Positions 1 to 9,559 of a stretch of DNA of 64,000 nt are shown piece by piece; position 1 is the first letter of the stretch; every line of letters begins with the position of its first letter. A program made the translations under genes and the position numbers. Where the stretch lies: assembly GCA_035285595.1 (NCBI GenBank), contig JAYKGV010000004.1, forward strand, positions 3,327 through 67,326. Direction: 5' to 3'. Under the pieces are notes generated by a model. That model saw only the letters and a list, made by a program, of their open reading frames with translations, made no database searches and had not been told where the DNA came from. Origin of the DNA: Candidatus Sericytochromatia bacterium. Lineage in GTDB: Bacteria > Cyanobacteriota > Sericytochromatia > S15B-MN24 > VGJW01.

Positions 1-779
1 CGGTCCATCATGTCCTGCGCGAGGGCCGTATCGTCTTCCCGCAAGGGGAGGGGTGGTTCCACGAGCACCACGTGGGTGTCGTCCGGGTTGCGTACGATGC
101 GGACGGGGACCAGCGCGGCCCCGGTGCGACGCGCCAGTTGGAAGGCGCCCGTGGGAACCCTGACGAGATGCCCCAGGAACGTGGCTTCGACTCCGCTGCC
201 CTCGGCATGCTGATCACAGACGAGCCCGACCAGTTCGCCCGAGCGGAGCGCGGCCAGAACGGGGCGAAGCGACGCCGGTCCCTGGTTCGAGTGGGCCCGG
301 ACCCCCGCCCGGGCGTGCAACTCGTCGAAGAGTCTGCGGAATGCGGGCTGGCTTGGTGGCTGAATGAGCACGGTCATGGGGCCCAGGTCCCGGGCCACGG
401 TCGCGGCCAGCAGCTCCCAATTGCCGTAATGGGCCGTGACGATCACGGCACCACGGCCACGCTCAAGTAATCCGGCCAGTTCTTCGTGACCCTCGAGCCG
501 GACCAGCTGGCGTCCTTCGGCTTGCCAGCGCGGCATCCGCAACAGCTCCACGACGGAAGCGAGCGTGCCTCGGACCGACTCCCTCGCGACAGTACGGACG
601 ATGCGTCGACTCCATCCGGGCCGTGCAGCCCGGACGTGGGATGGCACGAAATCCCCGTGGCCCAGCATCTGTGCAATCACCCAGAGCAGGTCCGCCACGG
701 CCCTGCCGGCCGCGAGGGCATGCGGTCGGGGCAGTGCGCAGGCCAGCAGGCCGAGAAGGCGCATGGTGGGGTAGAGCAT
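1..779 (-). CDS. Lipid A/lysophospholipid acyltransferase (LpxL/HtrB family), 3' end truncated by window edge
   Basis: Not in the ORF track because it is open at the edge. Manual minus-strand translation gives MLYPTMRLLG...VIVTAHYGNWELLA...LVGLVCDQHA...FLG...PTGAFQLARRTGAALVPV, which has the HxxNWE motif. Alternative GTG start at 791. Confidence 0.85.
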   Translation of the reverse strand, partial: MLYPTMRLLGLLACALPRPHALAAGRAVADLLWVIAQMLGHGDFVPSHVRAARPGWSRRIVRTVARESVRGTLASVVELLRMPRWQAEGRQLVRLEGHEELAGLLERGRGAVIVTAHYGNWELLAATVARDLGPMTVLIQPPSQPAFRRLFDELHARAGVRAHSNQGPASLRPVLAALRSGELVGLVCDQHAEGSGVEATFLGHLVRVPTGAFQLARRTGAALVPVRIVRNPDDTHVVLVEPPLPLREDDTALAQDMMD

Positions 780-899
780 GACGGCGGTCACTGCGGGGCC
801 TTCGCGGCCCCCTTCACGATGGGGGGACACACGGCAGCAGGCCCGCACGTGCCAGTGTACCCCGGCCGGACCCGGGGGTGCGGGTTCCGGGGACAGGTC

Positions 900-3800
900 A
901 TGCATCCAGAAGCACAGGCGCACTACCAGGAAGGTCTGGCGCACCGCGAGCGAGGGTATCACCAAGCGGCCTGCCTGGCCTTCGAGCGCGCCATGAAGGC
1001 CGATCCGACGGCGGACGACGCCTGGTTGGCTCTCGCCGCTACCTTGCACCTGGCTGGCGATGCCGCGGCTGCGGCCGAGCAGTACGGGTTGCTCTTGGCG
1101 AGACGTCCCGAAGACGCCAAGCTGGCCTACAACCACGGGGTGTCACTTGCGGCAGCGGGCAGGCTCGGAGAGGCCGAGCAATCCTTCGAGCGGGCGTTGC
1201 GGCTGGATCCCGTGCTCGTGCCGGCCCTCGAGAGTTTGTTGTGGGTGCATCACCAGACGGGTCAACCTCAGGCCGCGCTCGGCGTATTGCATCGGCTCGT
1301 CGTGGCTCGCCCGGAGCAGGAAGAGGGCTGGTTCCAGCTGGCCCGTGCCTATCGGGAGCATGGCGATGCCGAGCGGGCCCTTGGCACGATGGAGGGACTG
1401 ATTCGCCGTCGTCCCGACCTGCTGGCGGCCCGGCTGCTGCGCGTCGAATGGCTGATCGAGCGGGATGCTGACGAGGCATGGGCTGAACTCGAGCGAATCC
1501 GCGAAGTCGATCCGGACTTTGTTGGAGTACAGCATCTCGCGGAACGCCTGGTGGAGCAGGGTGCGGCGCGGGCGGCCCTCGACGGTGATCTTGCCGGAGA
1601 GGCCCGCTGGCTTGAGCGGCTTGTGCCGTACCGTGCCCGCGATCAGGTGTTCCTTGGCAGGTTGGTCGAGGCGGCTGCCCACGCAGGGGATCGCAAGGCC
1701 GAGGCCAAGTGGCTCGAGGCACTTGCTGAGCTTCGTCCGGATGACGCCCCTCTGCAGCGGCGGCTCGCCGATCTCTACGTGCTGATGGATCTGGTGCCCC
1801 GGGCCCTGCCTTACCTGTCACGGTGGTCGGCAAGTCGCCCCGATGACGCCGAGGCCGTCCTGACGCTGGCCCGGGCGCGGGCAAGGTCCGCCCGGCGTGG
1901 TGAAGCGATCGAGGGCCTCGAGGACTTCCTGAAGCGTCATCCCAGGCACCAGGAAGTCCTGCTGGCGGCGGCCGAGATGTGTCTGGAAGAGGGCTTGCTG
2001 GAGCGGGCCGAGGTTCTTGCCCGACAGGGGCTCGGAATCCGTGAGGCGGCGCTGGCGGCCGAGTTGCTGCTGGTGCGGGTGCATCAAGCGGCGGGGCGCC
2101 ACGAAGCAGCATGGCAGGCCCTTCAAGCTGCAGCCGATCACTACCCCGACGCTCCCGAGGTCCGTGCGGAAGGGGCCGCTCTCTGTCGCAGGTTTGCCCT
2201 GCATCCGGATGACGCAGCCGATGCTGATGCTGTGGCGTTGCTCTGGTGGGAAAGATTCCTGGTTTTCCAACCTGATGACCTGCAGGTACAGGAGCTATTG
2301 GCGAGCCTGTATGGACGCCGAGGTGCGGAGGGCGAAGCCCGGCGGGTGCTGGAGCGATTGGTGACGCTCGATCCTGCTCCGAGACACTGGCTGGAGCTGG
2401 CCGCGATGCAGCTCAAGGCCGGACAAGCAGAGGCTGCCAGAAGCAGTCTCGAATCTGCCCTGTCTGGTCCGGGACGCCCGGAGGAGGCGTTGACGAGGGC
2501 TCAGGCAGCTCTCCTGCTGGCACGGGTCCTGCTCGATCTCGGATTACCTCACGATGCCCTGACGACACTCGAGGCCCACGAGGCGGCGCATGCCGACGCC
2601 GCGCTTGCTCGTGAGCTCACGGCCCGGTCCTATCAGACGTTGGCCGATTTGGCTTCTCGCAAAGGCGATCTCCTGGCCGTTGCGGATCACCTGGAACGAG
2701 TCGTGGCCTTGACTTCCGATCGCGTGGCCCTGCGTGCATTGGCCGCAGCCCGGGCGCGTGCAGGGGATCGTCTCGGCGCCGAGGAGGCCTGGCAGCGGGT
2801 GCTCGTGCAGCAACCGCAGGACGGCGAGGCCTTGCGTGCCCTTGGTGACCTTGTGGCGACCGCCGGCCGCACCCTCGAGGCCGAGCGGTACTACCGTCAG
2901 GCTCTGGCCGTCGACGCGGAAGACATCCATGCCCTGGGTGCCCTGGCCGACCTGGTCTGGGGTGCGGGGCGGCGCGAGGAAGCCTATCGCATCTACGAGC
3001 AGCTGATGGAGCTTGATACCGAGCACGTACCGGCCGTGCTTGGCTTCGCTCGTGACGCTCTCGTGTCGGGACAGCCGCTGGAAGCTTGGGAGTATGCACG
3101 CCGTGTGCTGGCGCGTGAACCGGATCGGCATGAGGCGCGAGACCTTGCACGGGAGGGCCTGCGCCGAGTGGCTGAAGGCGAGGAGCCTGCCACGGCCATT
3201 GCCTGGTGGCAGCGTCTCGTGGCATTGGAGCCCGGTGACCTTGCGGCACGCCGTGGCCTCTGGGCAGCCTATGTGGCCTTAGGGGCGCAGTCCGAGGCCG
3301 TCGAGGCCGCTACGGCGTGGCTCGCCCTCGAGCCAGGCGCAGGGCCTGCAGCCTTGTTCCTCGCCGAGCGTTTCCGTCGCTCCGGGGATCTTGCCACCGC
3401 GCGCGAGCGTCTGGCCGGTGCCCTGGGAGGCGGCGACCTCAAGGTGGCCGTGGCTTTGGCTCTCGTGGACCTCGAGCTCGGTGCCGTGTCGGCAGCTCGT
3501 GAGCGCCTGGAAAGCCTCTATCTCGAGTTGCCGGACGACGATTCCGTGCGGATGGCGCTGGCACGCGCACGGCTGCTGGATGGTCAAGGACCCGAAGCCT
3601 GGTCCCTGGTGCAGGATCTTGCCAGTGCGGACGATGCCGCCCGGCAGGTGGCGGTCGATGCCGCGGTGGCGGCCGCCGAGTCCGCACAGGTCGCCGGACA
3701 GGCGGCAGCGGCACTCGAATGGTGGCGCAAGGCGCAGCGCCTTGCACCCGACGACGTGGCGCTGCAGCGGCGGTTGATGCATTTTCACCGTCTTTCGGGC

Positions 3801-6800
3801 CAGCTCGAGGATGCGGCTCGGGCGGCTCGGGCTCTTTTGGCGGCACATCCCGATGAGGTCGAGGCCGCTTTGTATCTTGGGAAATTTCTCGCCTCGCGGG
3901 GTCAGCAGGACGAGGCCGCTCTCATCCTGGCACCTGTCGCCCGTGAACCCGCGGCTGCCTGGATGCTGGCCTCGACTGCGTGGCAGGCAGGCCGTCCCGC
4001 GGAGGTCTTGAGCTGGCTCGAGGGGCTCGGTCCTGCCCTGCAAGGACATCCTGAGGCCTTGCTGCTTTTGGCGCGTGCCCTCAGGGCCACGGGAAGACTG
4101 GCCGAGGCGTGGTCCGTGCTGCAACGTCTGGAGGCCATGCAACCGGAGGACCCCGAAACCGGCACGGCCATGGCGGAACTCGCACGCGAGGCTGCCGGAC
4201 TGACCTTGCCGGACGCTGATCGGGCGATCTGGCTTCACCGCCTGCTGCTGCTGCGCCCCCTCGAAAGAGAGGCGCGGGCCGCTTATGCCGAGGTCTTGCT
4301 GGCGATGGACCGTCCGGTTGACGCCGCGCGTCTGTACTCGGAACTTGCGCGTCTGGATCAGGAAAATGGGCAATGGTTGATCGCTGAGGCGGCGGCCCAA
4401 CAGGCGGCGGGGCGGCATGAGGAGGCACGTCGGGCACTTGCTGCCGCCCGGGAGCGTGAACCTGAGGCAGAGGGTCTCCTCCTCGCGGAGGCCAGGCTGT
4501 CCACGGCGATTCAGGACCATCAAGGTGCTTTCGAAGCGCTCGAGAGTCTGGCGCGCGAAGGCGTCTTGGGGGAAGAGGAGCGGTCCCTGCTCCAGCACGC
4601 GGCGATGAAGATTGCGGAGGGTGCCCGGCTCGAGGGTCGGGACGTCGACATCCTGACGCTAAGGACGCGGATGGGTGCCGTGACCACGCCTTCACCCGCG
4701 TTCTTGAGGTTGGCGCTCGAGGCCGCGCGCAGGCTGGGGCACGCCACGGACGAAGCCGAGGTCCTGCACGATCTGTGGCGGCAGCTTCCTGCAGAGCGCG
4801 TCTTGGGTGAGGCAGCTGCCAAGGCCCGCGAGGCTCTGGGTGACTGGCGCGGGGCGCTGGCCATCCGGGAGGAGCTCGAGCAGCTGGCCGCCGACCCGGT
4901 CGAGGCGGCAGAGAACGCGCTTGTGGCCGCCCGCCTCGCCACGACTTCAGGTGATCTCGAGGTCATACGTCCGTGGCTGGATCGCCTGGATGCGCGTCGG
5001 GAGTCGATTGAGGGCCGGCCGGAACACGAGGCCTTGTGGTGGGCGCTGCAGATCATTCGTCGTCTGGATGTCCCGGGTCTGGATCCCTCTCGGGTGGATG
5101 GGATTCTCGATGAGGCCTGGGCTCGGGCGCGGGAGCGGGAGCTGCCCGAATCGGCCCTGCAGACGGCTTTCGTTGAGGTTCTGCGGTGGCAGGCCCTGCG
5201 ATTCGAGAAGCTGGCAGAGCCTATCGCGGCGCGGGTGCTCTGGGTACGGATCAGTCGGCTTGTCCCTGATGATCGCTCAGCTTTCGCCGCGGCTGCCCGT
5301 TTGAGCCTCTCGTTGGGCCACGAGTCCGAGGCGCTCGACATGCTGCGTGTCCTTCACGAGGATCGTCCGGACGATGCGGATACCGTCGTGGTCTACGGGC
5401 GCGCCCTTTTGTCCTGCGGCCGCACGAGCGAGGCCCTCGAGTTGTGGGAGGAGCATCACGCCAGCCATGGCTCCGCGACCGTGGGCTGCGTCTTGGCCGA
5501 AGAGGCCCTCCGCAGGGGAGATGGCCACGGGGCTTGGCTTTGGGCGTGCAGGGTCCTCGAGCGGTACCCGGATGCTGCCGGGGCGAGTGAACTGGCGTGG
5601 CAGGCCGGAAGGAAGCTTGCGGGGGAACTCGCCGCCACGGGGCGCCAGGATGCGGCCATCGGGCAGTGGGTCGAGGCGGTTGCCCGCGTGCCGCGACGTC
5701 CTGATGCGCTGCAGGAGGCCATTCAAGGCCTTTTGGCCTCCGGCGGCGTCGAGGAGGCGGGGCAACTTCTCGAACAGTTGCGCTCTTTGGACCGCGATCC
5801 CGCGGTGTTCCGGCGTCTGCGGATGATTTGGCTTGCCCGGACGGGGCGGGTGGACGAGGCACTCGAGTTGAGCAAGGACGTGCTGGAAGGCACGGCCGGC
5901 GATCCTGAAATCGAGCTCGAGGCGCTTCTCGCCGTAGGCGAAGTCTGCCGCGGGGCCGGCCGCATCGATGAGGGCTGGCTGATCGCCCAGCGGCTTCTCG
6001 ATGGCCATGGCGGCCGACCGGAGGCAAGACGACTCGCCGGACGGATCGCCCGTGACATGGCCGAGGCCGCGGACCGCGAGGGAGATGGCGCCAGCGCCCT
6101 GGTTTACCGACAAGTCCAGTTGGCTCTGGCTCCTCAGGACCGTGAAGCGGTTTTTCCGCTGGCGGCCCTGCATGCCCGCGAGGGTCGGCAGGCCGAGGCG
6201 GAGGCCTTGCTCCGTCCGTGGTTGGCCCGACATCCTCGGGACGAGGAGGGATGGCTCGACTTGGCGGCCTTGATGGCGGCGTCGCAGCCGGGAGAGGCCT
6301 CGGATCTCGTTCGAAGCGTGATTGAAAGGAGTCCGGAGCTGCCGCGAGCTCATCGAGCCTTGGCCGAACTGCTCGAGCGCGAAGGGCGGACGTCCGAGGC
6401 CCTTGAAGCGATTTTGGCGGCCGCGGCGGTGACTGAGCACCCCGATGAGGACTGGCTGGCCGCCGCCGAGCTTGCGGTCCGGCACGGGCAAGATGCCGTG
6501 GCGTGGGAGCATTTGGACAAGGTGCTGACACGTAGGCCCGGTCACGCCCGGGCGAAGGATTTGGGCAGCGGGGTCTGCCGGCGTTTGGCCCGGACGGCTG
6601 GCAAGGAAGGGCGCAAGGCAGAGGCCGCGGCCCATTGGCATGCCTTGCTGCGTGTGGTCTCACAGGATCTCGAGGCTTACCGCGCACTGGGAGCGCTCGC
6701 CCGGGCCGAGCGCAGGTTCGACGAGGCCGAGGCCGCCTTGGGTCGAGCGCTGTCGCTCGATCCCGAGGACCCCCTGACCCTTGAAGAAAGGGCTTGGCTG

Positions 6801-7868
6801 GATCTCGACCGTGATCTGGTGGCGGCGGCGCGGGAGCGTTTTGCGGCGATCGTGGCCAAGGGGACGGCGCCGAACGGCGCACTCCTCGGACTTGCGGAGG
6901 CGGCGTGGCGAGATGGCGAGGCCGACACGGCCTGGGAGCATCTGCAGGAGCTGCTGAGAAGAGAAAGTCGCCATCCGCGGGGCCTGGAGCTGTTTTCTAC
7001 CTTGGCCCGGCATTTCGGAAAGGCCTGCGCCGCCCACGGCGATGCCCGCAATGCCCATCAGTGGTGGCAGTTGGTCTTGCGGCAGCATCCGCGGGACGTC
7101 GAGGCCATCCGCGCCGTGGGCGAGGCTCGCCTGGTGCTGGGGGACCTGCTCGGGGCGGCTGACAGTCTCGAGAAGGCCGTCGAGCTGGCGCCCGGTGACG
7201 TGGCCTTGTGCCATCGCCTGGCGGATATCTACCGCCAGGTCGGGCATCCTCAGCGCGCGGAGGCGGCACTCAAGAAGGTCGTGGCGGCACAGCCCCGGGA
7301 CCTCGGATCCTTGAGGGCGCTGGCCCGCATCGCCCGGGAGCGCCAGGAGCCGGGAGATCTTGTCCATTGGGCTCAGGCCATCCTCGACGTCATCCCCGAT
7401 GATCCGGTAGCGATGTTCGATCTTGCACAAGCCTATGAGGCCCGTCTCGAAAAGCGGGCTTCGCTCGAGACCTATCGGGAGCTGGTGGCAAGCAATCCCC
7501 GGCACGCCGAGGGATGGCACGAGCTGGCTCGGCTGCTGCATGACCTGGGTGAGCTCGAGGAGGCCCGTACGGCGGCCACGAACGCCGTGGTACACGGAGG
7601 ACAGTCTCGCTTCCACGTGACGCTCGGCCGCATCTGCGCAGGGCAGGGTCAGCAGGATGAAGCGATGGCGGCGTGGGGCCAGGCCTTGGTTCTTGATCCC
7701 GAGGATCCCGAGGCGCTCGCTCGAATGGGCTTCGGCCTGTTGCGGGATGCCCGTACGGAAGAGGCGCGTCCCTTGCTGGACAAGGCATGGAGCCTGCTGC
7801 CTCGCGAGAGCGAGCTTGGCCTGGAAGTGCGGTGTGCCCTCGACTTGATGGGAGAGCCGGTCCGATGA
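900..7868 (+). CDS. Giant tetratricopeptide-repeat protein (~2320 aa)
   Basis: TPR-like units (e.g. AEQSFERALRLDP, AERYYRQALAVDAED) along the whole length. The real start is probably ATG 900 (MHPEAQAHY), because the ORF-track extension from 486 overlaps the opposite-strand acyltransferase. Confidence 0.85.
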   Translation: MHPEAQAHYQEGLAHRERGYHQAACLAFERAMKADPTADDAWLALAATLHLAGDAAAAAEQYGLLLARRPEDAKLAYNHGVSLAAAGRLGEAEQSFERALRLDPVLVPALESLLWVHHQTGQPQAALGVLHRLVVARPEQEEGWFQLARAYREHGDAERALGTMEGLIRRRPDLLAARLLRVEWLIERDADEAWAELERIREVDPDFVGVQHLAERLVEQGAARAALDGDLAGEARWLERLVPYRARDQVFLGRLVEAAAHAGDRKAEAKWLEALAELRPDDAPLQRRLADLYVLMDLVPRALPYLSRWSASRPDDAEAVLTLARARARSARRGEAIEGLEDFLKRHPRHQEVLLAAAEMCLEEGLLERAEVLARQGLGIREAALAAELLLVRVHQAAGRHEAAWQALQAAADHYPDAPEVRAEGAALCRRFALHPDDAADADAVALLWWERFLVFQPDDLQVQELLASLYGRRGAEGEARRVLERLVTLDPAPRHWLELAAMQLKAGQAEAARSSLESALSGPGRPEEALTRAQAALLLARVLLDLGLPHDALTTLEAHEAAHADAALARELTARSYQTLADLASRKGDLLAVADHLERVVALTSDRVALRALAAARARAGDRLGAEEAWQRVLVQQPQDGEALRALGDLVATAGRTLEAERYYRQALAVDAEDIHALGALADLVWGAGRREEAYRIYEQLMELDTEHVPAVLGFARDALVSGQPLEAWEYARRVLAREPDRHEARDLAREGLRRVAEGEEPATAIAWWQRLVALEPGDLAARRGLWAAYVALGAQSEAVEAATAWLALEPGAGPAALFLAERFRRSGDLATARERLAGALGGGDLKVAVALALVDLELGAVSAARERLESLYLELPDDDSVRMALARARLLDGQGPEAWSLVQDLASADDAARQVAVDAAVAAAESAQVAGQAAAALEWWRKAQRLAPDDVALQRRLMHFHRLSGQLEDAARAARALLAAHPDEVEAALYLGKFLASRGQQDEAALILAPVAREPAAAWMLASTAWQAGRPAEVLSWLEGLGPALQGHPEALLLLARALRATGRLAEAWSVLQRLEAMQPEDPETGTAMAELAREAAGLTLPDADRAIWLHRLLLLRPLEREARAAYAEVLLAMDRPVDAARLYSELARLDQENGQWLIAEAAAQQAAGRHEEARRALAAAREREPEAEGLLLAEARLSTAIQDHQGAFEALESLAREGVLGEEERSLLQHAAMKIAEGARLEGRDVDILTLRTRMGAVTTPSPAFLRLALEAARRLGHATDEAEVLHDLWRQLPAERVLGEAAAKAREALGDWRGALAIREELEQLAADPVEAAENALVAARLATTSGDLEVIRPWLDRLDARRESIEGRPEHEALWWALQIIRRLDVPGLDPSRVDGILDEAWARARERELPESALQTAFVEVLRWQALRFEKLAEPIAARVLWVRISRLVPDDRSAFAAAARLSLSLGHESEALDMLRVLHEDRPDDADTVVVYGRALLSCGRTSEALELWEEHHASHGSATVGCVLAEEALRRGDGHGAWLWACRVLERYPDAAGASELAWQAGRKLAGELAATGRQDAAIGQWVEAVARVPRRPDALQEAIQGLLASGGVEEAGQLLEQLRSLDRDPAVFRRLRMIWLARTGRVDEALELSKDVLEGTAGDPEIELEALLAVGEVCRGAGRIDEGWLIAQRLLDGHGGRPEARRLAGRIARDMAEAADREGDGASALVYRQVQLALAPQDREAVFPLAALHAREGRQAEAEALLRPWLARHPRDEEGWLDLAALMAASQPGEASDLVRSVIERSPELPRAHRALAELLEREGRTSEALEAILAAAAVTEHPDEDWLAAAELAVRHGQDAVAWEHLDKVLTRRPGHARAKDLGSGVCRRLARTAGKEGRKAEAAAHWHALLRVVSQDLEAYRALGALARAERRFDEAEAALGRALSLDPEDPLTLEERAWLDLDRDLVAAARERFAAIVAKGTAPNGALLGLAEAAWRDGEADTAWEHLQELLRRESRHPRGLELFSTLARHFGKACAAHGDARNAHQWWQLVLRQHPRDVEAIRAVGEARLVLGDLLGAADSLEKAVELAPGDVALCHRLADIYRQVGHPQRAEAALKKVVAAQPRDLGSLRALARIARERQEPGDLVHWAQAILDVIPDDPVAMFDLAQAYEARLEKRASLETYRELVASNPRHAEGWHELARLLHDLGELEEARTAATNAVVHGGQSRFHVTLGRICAGQGQQDEAMAAWGQALVLDPEDPEALARMGFGLLRDARTEEARPLLDKAWSLLPRESELGLEVRCALDLMGEPVR

Positions 7869-8647
7869 TTCGCTTGACGGTGCACCTTGATGTGGCGGTG
7901 GCCATGCGCTCTGCCCGCGAGGACCGTGACCCGGATCCCGTCGCCTTGGCCATTCGAGCTGAGTCTGGCGGCGCAGACTCCGTGAGTCTGCCGCTGGCAC
8001 CTCAGCAAGGATCGCGGGCCCTGCGCGACTTGCGTTTGCTGAGACCGTTGCTGCGAGGTGCCTTGAACCTCGAACTTTCGTCCCGCTCCGAACCAGATGC
8101 GGATATTTTCGAGCTGCTTCCGGACCAAGTCACATTGGTACACGCGCCTTTTTCCGAGATGCAAGCTTCACCGCCGCTGGACCTGACGATTGAGGGCGAG
8201 GTCCTGGGGCCGCTCGTGGCAAGATTGCATGCGGCGGGCATGCGCGTGGTGGCGTTCGTCCCGCCTGATCCGGCTCAGATGGTCGAAGCCGCCCGTCTTG
8301 GGCTCGATGGCGTTGAACTGGACACTTCCTCCTATGCGGCTTCGGTGGTACGGCCAGGCTGGACCGTGCCCGAGGATCGTGCAGCCCTGCTCGAGGGACG
8401 CTTCGTTCGCGGGGGCAGTCATCCTGCCCAGCTCCTGGGGCAGTTGGCCTCGGCGGCGACCGTGGCCTCCGACCACGGCCTCTCCGTTGCGGCGGGGCGC
8501 GGGTTGAGCCGTGCAGCGCTCCCGGCGCTGGCCACCTTGCCTGGCTTGGAAGAGGTGCACGTGGGGCACGCTCTTTTCGTTCGTGCGCTTGAGATTGGGC
8601 TGGAGGAAGCGGTGCGTGAGGTTCGTGGGCTGCTCAGATCGTCCTGA
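7865..8647 (+). CDS. pdxJ: Pyridoxine 5'-phosphate synthase (PdxJ)-like protein, degenerate active site
   Basis: PdxJ layout is recognisable (PDPV..A..AE.GGAD, LNLE, PDQVTLV, VELDTSSYA, VAAGRGL, HVGHAL). ATGA overlap with the TPR gene stop. Confidence 0.75.
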   Translation: MIRLTVHLDVAVAMRSAREDRDPDPVALAIRAESGGADSVSLPLAPQQGSRALRDLRLLRPLLRGALNLELSSRSEPDADIFELLPDQVTLVHAPFSEMQASPPLDLTIEGEVLGPLVARLHAAGMRVVAFVPPDPAQMVEAARLGLDGVELDTSSYAASVVRPGWTVPEDRAALLEGRFVRGGSHPAQLLGQLASAATVASDHGLSVAAGRGLSRAALPALATLPGLEEVHVGHALFVRALEIGLEEAVREVRGLLRSS

Positions 8648-8701
8648 ACGCCTCCTCTGAAATCTTTCTGGGCGCTGCGCCGTCCGTATGGCGGAGACCT
8701 C

Positions 8702-9559
8702 GTGATTAATCAGCTGAAGACTTTTTCACTGCTCTTGCTGTTGTCGCTCTTGCTCGTCGCGGGCGGCCGCTGGATGGGAGGGCAGGCAGGGGCGTGGCTG
8801 GGGCTCGCTTTTGCGGTGACCATGAACGTCGGCTCCTGGTGGTTTTCGGATCGTCTCGTGCTGTCCAGCACAGGGGCGCGGCCGCTGTCCTCCGCCGAAG
8901 CTCCCGGCCTGCACGACATGCTGGGCGAACTGGCTGCCGACGCCGGCCTGCCCACACCTGCTCTTTATATGATTGAAGAGGATGCGCCGAATGCCTTTGC
9001 GACGGGGCGAGATCCGGAACATGCGGTGGTGGCGGTGACGACCGGTCTGCTTCGCGTGTTGCCCCCCGATGCCCTAAGGGGAGTGTTGGCGCATGAACTG
9101 GCTCACGTCCAAAACCGCGACACCCTTGCCATGGCCATCGCTGCCTCGCTCGCTGCTGCCATCGGTGTCCTGGCCGATGTGGCGCGTTGGGGAGCCCTGC
9201 TCGGCGGGGCACAGCAGGACGAAGAAGGGGCTCCGGCTTGGGTGGGACTGGTGCTTGCGTTTCTCTTGCCGCTCGTGGCTCTGGTGGTGCAGATGGCCGT
9301 CTCCCGAACCCGGGAGTACGAGGCGGATGCCGTGGCCGCTCGGCTGACAGGTCAGCCCCTGGCCCTGGCCGAGGCGCTTGCACGCCTCGAGAGAGGTGCG
9401 GAACTTGCGCCGATGACCCATGTGGCCCCTGGCTCGGCCCATCTTTTCATCGTCAATCCCTTGCGCACGGGCGCATGGTTCGAGGGACTGTTCCGGACTC
9501 ATCCGCCGATGACTGAAAGGATCCGTCGTCTCGAACGAATGGCCCTGGAGGCCCGTTGA
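8702..9559 (+). CDS. htpX: Zinc metalloprotease HtpX (M48)
   Basis: PNAFATGRDP, HELAH, SRTREYEAD and THPP motifs; N-terminal TM helices. Confidence 0.95.
   Translation: MINQLKTFSLLLLLSLLLVAGGRWMGGQAGAWLGLAFAVTMNVGSWWFSDRLVLSSTGARPLSSAEAPGLHDMLGELAADAGLPTPALYMIEEDAPNAFATGRDPEHAVVAVTTGLLRVLPPDALRGVLAHELAHVQNRDTLAMAIAASLAAAIGVLADVARWGALLGGAQQDEEGAPAWVGLVLAFLLPLVALVVQMAVSRTREYEADAVAARLTGQPLALAEALARLERGAELAPMTHVAPGSAHLFIVNPLRTGAWFEGLFRTHPPMTERIRRLERMALEAR

Noticed and set aside
486-899. N-terminal extension of the 2460-aa ORF
   Set aside because: It is the antisense shadow of the minus-strand acyltransferase; TPR sequence begins at ATG 900.
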